Assembly: GCA_038325875.1 (NCBI GenBank)
Contig: JBBQJL010000004.1
Location: 42,907 to 106,906, forward strand
From: Candidatus Limnocylindrales bacterium
GTDB lineage: Bacteria > Chloroflexota > Limnocylindria > Limnocylindrales > CSP1-4
Direction: 5' to 3'
Length of the DNA: 64,000 nucleotides
The notes under the pieces: generated by a model
The model's database searches: none
Told to the model about the DNA's origin: nothing
What the model saw: only the letters and a program-made list of their open reading frames with translations
Program-made: the position numbers and the translations under genes
Part shown: piece by piece, positions 26,541 through 34,009 of the stretch
Layout of the letters: every line of letters starts with the position of its first letter
Numbering within the stretch: position 1 is the stretch's first letter

Positions 26541-28813
26541 GCAGTTTCCAGGGCGGAGTATTTCGCCCTCCGTCCTCATCGGCCGAGCCGTTCGGGTCAT
26601 CCGACGGCTCGGCCGCGCTCGCTGGGGGACCCGGTGCGCAGACGCACCGGGGGTCCTGGCAACCGGGCCAGGTCGGCCGCCTCCACGCCGGCGGCCTCCC
26701 GGCTTGCGGCCAGATGCTCGTGTTGTTCGCCGTATCGATCTTCGTCCTGACCGGGATCACCGCGATCGTCGTCGACATCAGCTGGTATTGGGCCAACAGC
26801 CTGCGCGTCCAGCGCGCCGCCGATGCCGCCGCCCTGGCCGGCGTCGTCTGGCTGCCGGGCGATTCGAGCACGGCCTACAGCACGGCCCGCAGCGAAGCCA
26901 CCAAGAACGGCTACAAAGGCTCGGATCCGGGGGTGACCGTCTCCCCGCTCAAGGATGCCCACAACCCGCGTCAGCTCAACGTGACGATCTCGGCGCCAGT
27001 GGGAACGTTCTTCATGCGCATCTTCGGCCTGCCGTCGATCCAGGCGACCCGTAGCGCCAAGGCTGAGTTCGTCCTGCCCGTGCCGATGGGCAGCCCGCAG
27101 AACTACTACGGAGTGGGCTTCTTCGAGGGTCAGACCGGCGGGCCGTTGACTCCGAACGGACCGCGCGCCCCGACCTGGTCGCAGACCACCGACCCATACA
27201 AGGACTTCAATAACCCGGACCGCGCCTGGTCGTCGAACGACCAGTACGCGACCGGCGTCGTCGGCACCGGGACGAACGGGGACACCCAGGGCTACGGCAA
27301 CTTCGGCTTCAACCTCGGGGCTGGGCTGACGATCGCGGGCATCGAGATCAAGGTCGAGGCCAAGGCGAGCGACCCGGTCGGCTGCCAGCTGCAGGTTGAG
27401 CTGTCGTGGGACAACGGTGCGACCTACACCGCGACGGGCAAGAAGGTCGACCTCACCGGGAGCGACCCCGCAGCCGGCAGTTGGCCGACCGTGGGCTCCT
27501 CCGGCGATACGTGGGGACGGAGCTGGACGCCGGCTCAGCTGGCCAACGGTAAACTCAGGGTTCGCCTGCGTGCCTACGATCCGGAGTCGGCCGACGACAC
27601 GACGAACTCGAGCAACCTCAGGTGCAACAACACGGCCACCGCATCGGTCGACGCGCTCAACGTGACCGTCTACACCCAGGCAAGGGTCAACCAGACGCTG
27701 CCGGTCCCCGATCCGATCACCGGCACCCCCCTCGCTCCGCAGAACATCTGGGGAGCCGTCTTCACCTCGGGCGGGTTGCGCGAGAACGGCGATCGCTACG
27801 CTCCGTCGCACATCGGCGGCGGACTCGGCCTGCCCAAGGGCGACCCGAACCCCGACTACGACGCGAATGGCTACGACTACACGGTCGAGCTGAGCGGTGG
27901 TGCCACCAACGGCCAGGTCCGTTTGTTCGACCCGATCTTCTGCGCGACCGGGAACAATGGCCACGGCGGATCCTACGGCGCGGGCGACCACTGGACCGAC
28001 AGCCCGACCGGGACCAACGTCAAGCCGGTGGCAGTCACCTACCGCCTGTTCGACATGCGCGGGACGCCGCTCGACCCGACCGACGACGGTGCTGCCCTCG
28101 CCACGCTCCAATACGACCCCGGCACGAAGACCTACGGCGACCTGAGCGGTGACTTCGGGACGCCCGCGAACAGCACCGACGCCAATCGCCAGGACTGCTC
28201 GACGAACCCTGCCCACAACGCCTGGGTGACCCTCAAGACCGGCCTGCCCCAGGGGATGTACCGGGTCAACGTCAACACGACTCTCGATGCGGGCAATGCC
28301 AACGTCGGTGCCGAGAACCTGTTCTCGATCTGGGTCAAGTCGGCCGGCGGGGTCGCCCGGGTCTACGGTGCCGGCAGGATGGCCGCCTACGCGAACCTCG
28401 CCGCTGGGACCGGAGTGTTCTACCTGGCCCAGATCGACAAAGTCCACGCCGGCAAGACGATGACCATCAACCTGTTCGATCCCGGCGAGTCCAGCGGGAA
28501 TGCCTTCCTGCGGGTCCTGTCACCGGATGGGAACACATACTCGTACGCCCGTTTCGACTGGTTGGCCGACGACGGGCGCTCAGGGTCGAATGTCACCGAG
28601 ATCCAGACCTCGAACGGATCGGCCCTGTTCAACAATCACCTGATCTCGATCGACATCCGACTGCCGTCGACGTACGGCTCGGTCGGGCTGACCCCGTCCG
28701 GGGAGACCGAGCCTGGCTGGTGGAAGATCGAGTACGAGATGAGCGCCGCGAACGACACCACGACCTGGGAAGTCAGCATCAACGGCAACCCGGTCCATCT
28801 GGTCATCCCCTGA
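26537..28813 (+). CDS. Large TadG/Tad-like N-terminal-domain protein, paralog 2 (758 aa)
   Basis: ATG overlaps the paralog-1 stop (ATGA at 26537-26540). Same hydrophobic N-terminal module after a 58-aa leader, same conserved blocks (..NVTISAPVGTFFM.IFGL.SIQA..VLPVPMGSP.NYYGV.., ..FYLAQID.VHAGKT..). Ends ..TTWEVSINGNPVHLVIP. Confidence 0.8.
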   Translation: MSSFQGGVFRPPSSSAEPFGSSDGSAALAGGPGAQTHRGSWQPGQVGRLHAGGLPACGQMLVLFAVSIFVLTGITAIVVDISWYWANSLRVQRAADAAALAGVVWLPGDSSTAYSTARSEATKNGYKGSDPGVTVSPLKDAHNPRQLNVTISAPVGTFFMRIFGLPSIQATRSAKAEFVLPVPMGSPQNYYGVGFFEGQTGGPLTPNGPRAPTWSQTTDPYKDFNNPDRAWSSNDQYATGVVGTGTNGDTQGYGNFGFNLGAGLTIAGIEIKVEAKASDPVGCQLQVELSWDNGATYTATGKKVDLTGSDPAAGSWPTVGSSGDTWGRSWTPAQLANGKLRVRLRAYDPESADDTTNSSNLRCNNTATASVDALNVTVYTQARVNQTLPVPDPITGTPLAPQNIWGAVFTSGGLRENGDRYAPSHIGGGLGLPKGDPNPDYDANGYDYTVELSGGATNGQVRLFDPIFCATGNNGHGGSYGAGDHWTDSPTGTNVKPVAVTYRLFDMRGTPLDPTDDGAALATLQYDPGTKTYGDLSGDFGTPANSTDANRQDCSTNPAHNAWVTLKTGLPQGMYRVNVNTTLDAGNANVGAENLFSIWVKSAGGVARVYGAGRMAAYANLAAGTGVFYLAQIDKVHAGKTMTINLFDPGESSGNAFLRVLSPDGNTYSYARFDWLADDGRSGSNVTEIQTSNGSALFNNHLISIDIRLPSTYGSVGLTPSGETEPGWWKIEYEMSAANDTTTWEVSINGNPVHLVIP
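26706..26914. repeat. Copy B of the 209-nt near-identical segment
   Basis: See copy A. The offset is 2417 nt. Confidence 0.9.
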
Positions 28814-28845
28814 TCGGTGGCCCGCCCGGGCCCATCGAACAAGCC

Positions 28846-28876
28846 ACGAAGACCCGCCGGTGTCCCCGGCGGGTCT
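28846..28876 (+). terminator. Perfect 13-bp GC-rich hairpin after paralog 2
   Basis: gaagacccgccgg-tgtcc-ccggcgggtcttc, 33 nt after the stop, followed by ccttg. Confidence 0.6.
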
Positions 28877-29208
28877 TCCTTGACCCTTGACGGGCGGCCA
28901 GATCGACCCGTCCCCACCGCACACCAGGGCCTCGTACACCTCAAGTGCCGACAATTCCTAACCAAACCGCCCAGCGTGTCGCATTTCGTCAACACAACAT
29001 GGACTGAAACAGGCGAAACCGGGCCATTTGTAATGTCGGCGGTCAGGTACCCCTGACTAAGGTACTAGGTATGGATGACCCGAATGGGTCGTTCGAACGC
29101 CTTCTCGGGGACCGCGCCGATCCCGACCACCAGGTCGCGACGACCGGCCGTTTAAGGGCGCAGAGATCGTCCGCCGGATCCGGCGAAGCGAAAGGAAAAG
29201 GGGATCGA

Positions 29209-30615
29209 ATGACGGCAACCACGGCCCGATTGCGCGGGCACCTCAGGTCGGCTGGGAGCGCCGCCGCGGCAGGCCTGCTGATGGCCTCCGCAGCGATCGT
29301 CCCGGTCGGCTCCCAGCTGGCTCCCGCGGCGCTCGCCGCGGACCCCCTCGCCGGATGCGGTCGGATGCCGCTCGACGTCGAGTTCATCATCGACCGGTCG
29401 GGCAGCATGGGCGAGACCCAGTGGGCGACCGACGGTCACGTCCGCCTGTACTGGGCCAAGAACGCCGCTGACGGCCTGGTCGACTCGCTCGACGCGACCG
29501 GTGGCGTCGGCGGCGGCTCGAACCTCCATCACGTCGGCCTGTCCAAGTTCGGCAATGGCGCCGCCTCGGTCGAGCTCACCCTCGGCACGTCGAGCGCCGG
29601 CACGGTCAAGACCCACATCGACGGTCTGACGTCGTCCGGCAACACGCCGCTTCGCCAGGGGATGGCCGCCGGCGCCGGTGACATGTCCGCCAACGCTGAA
29701 GCGAGCCGGGGCGGGCTCCCCGTCAAGCACGTGATCATCCTGCTGTCCGACGGCCGGCCGAACCCGGACAACACCAGCCTCAGCGGCTCGCGTCCGACCC
29801 AGGCCAACATCGACGCCTTCCGAGCCGCGGCCGACGTGGTCTACTCGGTCGCCGTCGGCGAAGGCGGGACCGGCCTCAGCCAGGTCGACCTGCCCCTGAT
29901 GCAGTCGCTGGCCAAGCCGTCCAGCGCCTACCGCCACGTCGCTCTGGGCAGCGACCTCCCCAATCTCTTCGACGGCATCTTCGAGGAGATCGCCTGCACC
30001 CCCGGGATCAAGGTCGTCAAGTCGGCTGATCCGAGCCAGCTCGACGCGGGTGGCGGAGACGTCACCTACACGTTCAAGGTCACCAACACCGGCAACGTCG
30101 CGCTGACCAACGTCGATGTCACCGACAAGCCCTCGTGCGGCGCGATCGACCTGGTCAAGGGCGACGCCAACGGCAACAACAAGCTCGACCTCAACGAGAC
30201 CTGGACGTTCAGTTGCACGACCAAGGTGACCGAATCGACCACGGACGTCGGCACTGCCACGGGCCACGACGGCAACACCGAGGTCAAGGACACGTCACAG
30301 GCCCACGTCGATGTCGCGGATCCAACCCCGACCCCGACTCCGACCGAGGCGCCGACCCCGACTCCGACCGACGCTCAGCCTACCCCGACCGACGCTCAGC
30401 CTACCCCGACCGAGAAGCCGTCGGGCGCGGTCAAGGGTGAGACCAGCAAGCCGAAGACGACCCTTCCGCCGACCGACACGATCGACGGCTCGGGTACCGG
30501 TGGGACGGGCTCAGGCCTGCCCATCGTCCTCATCGCACTCCTCGGGATCGCCGTGGCGATCGGACTGCTCAGCCCGACGTCCAACCGGTCCCGCCGACGG
30601 AACCCTCGGGAGTGA
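29209..30615 (+). CDS. Secreted vWA-domain protein with DUF11-type repeat domain, Pro/Thr linker and C-terminal TM anchor
   Basis: Signal peptide (..AAAGLLMASAAIVPVGSQLAPAALA). MIDAS DRSGSM ..SSGNTPL.. DGRPN. ..KVVKSADPSQLDAGGGDVTYTFKVTNTGNVALTNVDVTD.. (conserved repeat/DUF11). PTPTPTEAPTPTPTDAQPTPTDAQPTPTE linker. ..LPPTDT..GLPIVLIALLGIAVAIGLL..RSRRRNPRE tail. RBS AAAGGAAAAGGGG upstream. Confidence 0.85.
   Translation: MTATTARLRGHLRSAGSAAAAGLLMASAAIVPVGSQLAPAALAADPLAGCGRMPLDVEFIIDRSGSMGETQWATDGHVRLYWAKNAADGLVDSLDATGGVGGGSNLHHVGLSKFGNGAASVELTLGTSSAGTVKTHIDGLTSSGNTPLRQGMAAGAGDMSANAEASRGGLPVKHVIILLSDGRPNPDNTSLSGSRPTQANIDAFRAAADVVYSVAVGEGGTGLSQVDLPLMQSLAKPSSAYRHVALGSDLPNLFDGIFEEIACTPGIKVVKSADPSQLDAGGGDVTYTFKVTNTGNVALTNVDVTDKPSCGAIDLVKGDANGNNKLDLNETWTFSCTTKVTESTTDVGTATGHDGNTEVKDTSQAHVDVADPTPTPTPTEAPTPTPTDAQPTPTDAQPTPTEKPSGAVKGETSKPKTTLPPTDTIDGSGTGGTGSGLPIVLIALLGIAVAIGLLSPTSNRSRRRNPRE
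30364..30405. repeat. In-frame 21-nt tandem duplication (PTDAQPT x2) in the Pro/Thr linker
   Basis: ccgaccgacgctcagcctacc occurs twice back to back. Confidence 0.9.
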
Positions 30616-30663
30616 TCTCGTAGGGACTCCGATCGGAGCCCGGACTTAGGGTCCCCGAGACCC

Positions 30664-30693
30664 GGAGGGGCGTGCCGCGAGGCACGCCCCTCC
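30664..30693 (+). terminator. Perfect 13-bp hairpin after the vWA gene
   Basis: ggaggggcgtgcc-gcga-ggcacgcccctcc, 49 nt after the stop. Confidence 0.6.
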
Positions 30694-30719
30694 GTCATGT
30701 CCGGGGTACCCTTCGGACG

Positions 30720-31667
30720 ATGAACTGGTCCGTCGATGCGCTGTTCACCGGCGACCGGGTCACGGTCCTGGACGGCGGCCTGGCGACCGAGCTGGAACGG
30801 CGCGGCCACGACCTGTCCGACCCACTCTGGTCGGCGCGCCTGCTGGTCGAGTCGCCGGCTGAGATCGTCGAGGCGCACCTGGCCTACTTCCGGGCCGGCG
30901 CCCGGGTTGCAGTGACGGCCAGCTACCAGGCCAGTTTCGAGGGATTCGCCACCCGTGGGATCGGCTCGGCGGCGGCCATCGACCTCCTGCGCAAGAGCGT
31001 TGGGCTGGCGGCCGAAGCGCGCGATCGCCACATCGGCGAGCGAGCCGCCGCCGGCCTCGCGACCGAGCCGCTGTTCGTCGCCGCATCGATCGGGCCGTAC
31101 GGCGCGATGCTGGCCGATGGGTCCGAGTTCCGCGGTGACTACGGCCTGAGCGTGGGCCAGCTGCGCGCCTGGCACGCTCCCCGGCTGGCCGTCCTGGGCG
31201 ATGCCGGCGCCGACCTGCTGGCGGTCGAGACGATCCCGTCGGTTGACGAAGGACGTGCCCTGGCCGAACTCCTGGCGTCGACCGTGGGTCCGCCCGCCTG
31301 GCTGAGCTTCAGCTGCGCCGACGGCGCAACGACCCGGAGTGGCGAACCGGCCGAGGCCGCCTTCGGACTGGCCGGGATGACCGACCGGATCCGGGCCGTC
31401 GGCCTGAACTGCACCGCGCCCGAGCATGTCAGCGAGCTCATCGCGCGAGCCCGGTCGGTCACCGCCAAGCCGATCGTGGTCTACCCCAACAGCGGAGAGG
31501 CCTGGGATGCCGGACTGCGCCGGTGGGTCGGCACCTCCGGCCCGACCGTCGATGCAGTGATGGGGCGTGCGTGGGTCGAGGCCGGAGCGCGCCTGGTCGG
31601 CGGCTGCTGTCGGGTCGGCCCCGAGCGGATCGCCGAGCTCGCCGGGGCCTTCGGCTCCGCCCCATAG
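30720..31667 (+). CDS. mmuM: Homocysteine S-methyltransferase
   Basis: ..VLDGGLATELERRGHDLSDPLWSA.., ..NCTAPEH.. and C-terminal ..GGCCRVGPE.. (zinc-binding Cys motif). Confidence 0.9.
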   Translation: MNWSVDALFTGDRVTVLDGGLATELERRGHDLSDPLWSARLLVESPAEIVEAHLAYFRAGARVAVTASYQASFEGFATRGIGSAAAIDLLRKSVGLAAEARDRHIGERAAAGLATEPLFVAASIGPYGAMLADGSEFRGDYGLSVGQLRAWHAPRLAVLGDAGADLLAVETIPSVDEGRALAELLASTVGPPAWLSFSCADGATTRSGEPAEAAFGLAGMTDRIRAVGLNCTAPEHVSELIARARSVTAKPIVVYPNSGEAWDAGLRRWVGTSGPTVDAVMGRAWVEAGARLVGGCCRVGPERIAELAGAFGSAP

Positions 31668-31668
31668 C

Positions 31669-32346
31669 TCAGGGCAGCGGCGTGCGGACCGTGCGCCGGG
31701 TCTTGCGGACCATCCGAACGAAGCTGGTGAAGTGGCGCCAGGGCTGGATGTGCGACGGCTCACCGGCGTAGATCGTCCGGATCGGGACCCATTCGAGGAG
31801 GCAGCCGGCGCGGATGCAGGTCGTGATCATCTCGACCTCATACTCGAACCCGGCCTCGTCGCTCGTCGCCACCGCCGCCATGAGCCGTCGGCTGAGCAGG
31901 CGGTAGCCGGACTGGTTGTCGGGGATGTCGCGCCCGGCCGCCCACGACATGGCCCGCCCACCGAGCCCGTTGGCGAGCCGCCGGGTCGGCGGCATCCGGC
32001 TGAAGTCGCGTCGACCGATGACGAGGTCCGCGCCGGTTCGGCGGCGCACCTCGAGGAAGGCCGGGATGTCGGCCGGATCGTGCTGGCCGTCGGCGTCGAG
32101 GGTCAGCACGGCCCCGACCTCTCGCTCGAGCGCCCAGCCGAAGCCGGCGCGGAGGGCAGCGCCCTTGCCCTGGTTCGGTCGCTGGACGATGACCGCCGCG
32201 CCGGCCGCCCTGGCGACGGCCGCGGTCCCATCGGTCGAGCCGTCGTCCACGACGAGGACGGGTAGTCGCGGGACGGTCGCGGCCACCACCGCGCCGATCC
32301 GCTCAGCCTCCTGGTAGGCCGGGATGAGGGCGAGGATGTCGGCCAC
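31669..32346 (-). CDS. Family-2 glycosyltransferase (soluble, DPM/GtrB-like catalytic domain)
   Basis: ..LIPAYQEAERIG..VVDDGSTDGT..NQGKGAALRAG..LDADGQHDP.. Confidence 0.85.
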   Translation of the reverse strand: MADILALIPAYQEAERIGAVVAATVPRLPVLVVDDGSTDGTAAVARAAGAAVIVQRPNQGKGAALRAGFGWALEREVGAVLTLDADGQHDPADIPAFLEVRRRTGADLVIGRRDFSRMPPTRRLANGLGGRAMSWAAGRDIPDNQSGYRLLSRRLMAAVATSDEAGFEYEVEMITTCIRAGCLLEWVPIRTIYAGEPSHIQPWRHFTSFVRMVRKTRRTVRTPLP

Positions 32347-32393
32347 CGGTCAACGATAGCGCCCGGCGAACGGGACCATCCCAGGCGCCTGAC

Positions 32394-33113
32394 TCAGCCC
32401 GACCGGCCATCGATCCGGCCATCGAGCAGCTCGACGATCCGATCGGCCACGTCGAGCATGGCCGGATCGTGGGTGGCCACGACGGCCGTGACCGCCTCGC
32501 TCCGGACGATCGTCCGGAGCAGGGTCATGATCGTGTGGCCCGTCTCCGAATCGAGCTGACCGGTCGGCTCGTCGGCCAGGAGCAGCTTCGGTCGATTGGC
32601 CAGGGCGCGTGCGATCGCGACTCGCTGCTGCTCGCCGCCGGACAGCTCGAATGGCCGATGGCGGGCGCGATCGGCCAGGCCGACCAGCTCGAGCAGGTCG
32701 TACACTCGGCGGTCACGCTCGAGCGGATCGGCGCGGACGAGGCGGAGCGGCACTTCGACGTTCTCGGCCGCGCTGAGGATCGGCACCAGCCCGAAGGCCT
32801 GGAAGACATAGGCGACCGACGACCGCCGGAGGTCGACCACGCCGGCCTCGTCGAGGGTGCCGATGTCGACCCCGTCGATGAAGACCTGGCCGGTCGTCGG
32901 GCGATCGAGCCCGCCGAGGACGTTGAGCAGGGTCGTCTTGCCGCTGCCCGATCGGCCCCGGATGGCGACCAGCTCGCCATGGCCGACGGTCAGGTCGACC
33001 CCCTGCAGGGCGTGGACCATCGCGTCACCGGAGTCGAAGTCCCGGCTGACACCGATCGCCTCGACCATCGGGCCGCTCGATCCGAACCTGCCTCCGGGCG
33101 CCGCCCGGTTCAT
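32394..33113 (-). CDS. ABC transporter ATP-binding protein (MacB/LolD-type)
   Basis: Walker [10 protein letters not shown], signature [15 protein letters not shown], Walker [17 protein letters not shown] overlap with the upstream ATPase gene at 33110-33113. Confidence 0.9.
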   Translation of the reverse strand: MNRAAPGGRFGSSGPMVEAIGVSRDFDSGDAMVHALQGVDLTVGHGELVAIRGRSGSGKTTLLNVLGGLDRPTTGQVFIDGVDIGTLDEAGVVDLRRSSVAYVFQAFGLVPILSAAENVEVPLRLVRADPLERDRRVYDLLELVGLADRARHRPFELSGGEQQRVAIARALANRPKLLLADEPTGQLDSETGHTIMTLLRTIVRSEAVTAVVATHDPAMLDVADRIVELLDGRIDGRSG

Positions 33114-34009
33114 CGCCCAGCCTCGCCGTCCGTCGGGCGGTCCGGCCAGACACCGACGTGGTCATCCTCGAGTCGGAGCCGGACCCGCTCGGACAGCTCG
33201 AGCGCCTCGATGTGTGCCTTGGGCAGCTGCAGCCGACCGACGCGGTCGAGCAGGGCGAACTCCTCGGCGACCAGGGCGCCTCCGTCATCGCCCGACTCCG
33301 TCCGGCGGCGGGTCTCGGTGCTCGTTCGGCCGTCGCGGATGCGGACCGTCCGGGCGACATGCTCCGACACGAGGGGATCGTGGGTGACCACGACGATCGT
33401 CGTGCCGGACTCGGCATTGACCCTGCGCAGGAGCCCGAACACCTCGGCCGACGTCGCGCTGTCGAGCTCGCCGGTGGGCTCGTCGGCCAGGATGACGGCC
33501 GGACCGTTGGCCAGGGCGACGGCGATGGCGACCCGTTGCTGCTCGCCGCCGGACAGCCGATCCGGTCGGTGCGAGGCGCGATCGGCCAGGCCGACCAGGT
33601 CGAGCAGCTCGCGCGTCCGCGCTCGTCGCGCGCGGCGACCGTCGAGGATGAGCGGCAGCTCGATGTTGTCGGCCGCGCTCAGGTACGGCAGCAGGTTCCG
33701 GGCCGTCTGCTGCCAGACGACGCCGACCACTGAGCGGCGGTAGGCCGTCCGCTCGCGCCTGCCCATCGCCGTGAGGTCGTGACCGGCGACCCGGGCGCGA
33801 CCGGCGGACGGGGCGTCGAGCCCGCCGAGGATGTTGAGCAGGGTCGACTTGCCGCTCCCCGACGCGCCGACGATGGCCATCATCTCGCCGGCCTCGACCA
33901 GCAGATCCAGGCCCTGGAGGGCGACTACTTCCAGGTCGGCCACCTTGAAGATGCGGACCAGGTTGTCGCACACGATCTGGGCGCTCTCGCCATACCGGGC
34001 TCGGCTCAT
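33110..34009 (-). CDS. ABC transporter ATP-binding protein with roughly 70-aa C-terminal extension
   Basis: Walker [36 protein letters not shown]. The start ATG shares one base with the permease stop (TGATG at 34007-34011). Confidence 0.9.
   Translation of the reverse strand: MSRARYGESAQIVCDNLVRIFKVADLEVVALQGLDLLVEAGEMMAIVGASGSGKSTLLNILGGLDAPSAGRARVAGHDLTAMGRRERTAYRRSVVGVVWQQTARNLLPYLSAADNIELPLILDGRRARRARTRELLDLVGLADRASHRPDRLSGGEQQRVAIAVALANGPAVILADEPTGELDSATSAEVFGLLRRVNAESGTTIVVVTHDPLVSEHVARTVRIRDGRTSTETRRRTESGDDGGALVAEEFALLDRVGRLQLPKAHIEALELSERVRLRLEDDHVGVWPDRPTDGEAGR

Noticed and set aside
24210-28447. Long minus-strand ORFs (24210..25691, 493 aa; 26597..28447, 616 aa) opposite the TadG-like paralogs
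   Set aside because: Both are Arg/Gly/Asp/Pro-dominated antisense artefacts. The plus-strand frames carry the conserved paralogous blocks and coupled start/stop overlaps.
30470-30615. Bona fide LPxTG sortase signal on the vWA protein
   Set aside because: The motif is LPPTD (no Gly) and is separated from the TM helix by about 15 residues. It is kept only as a variant-signal hypothesis.
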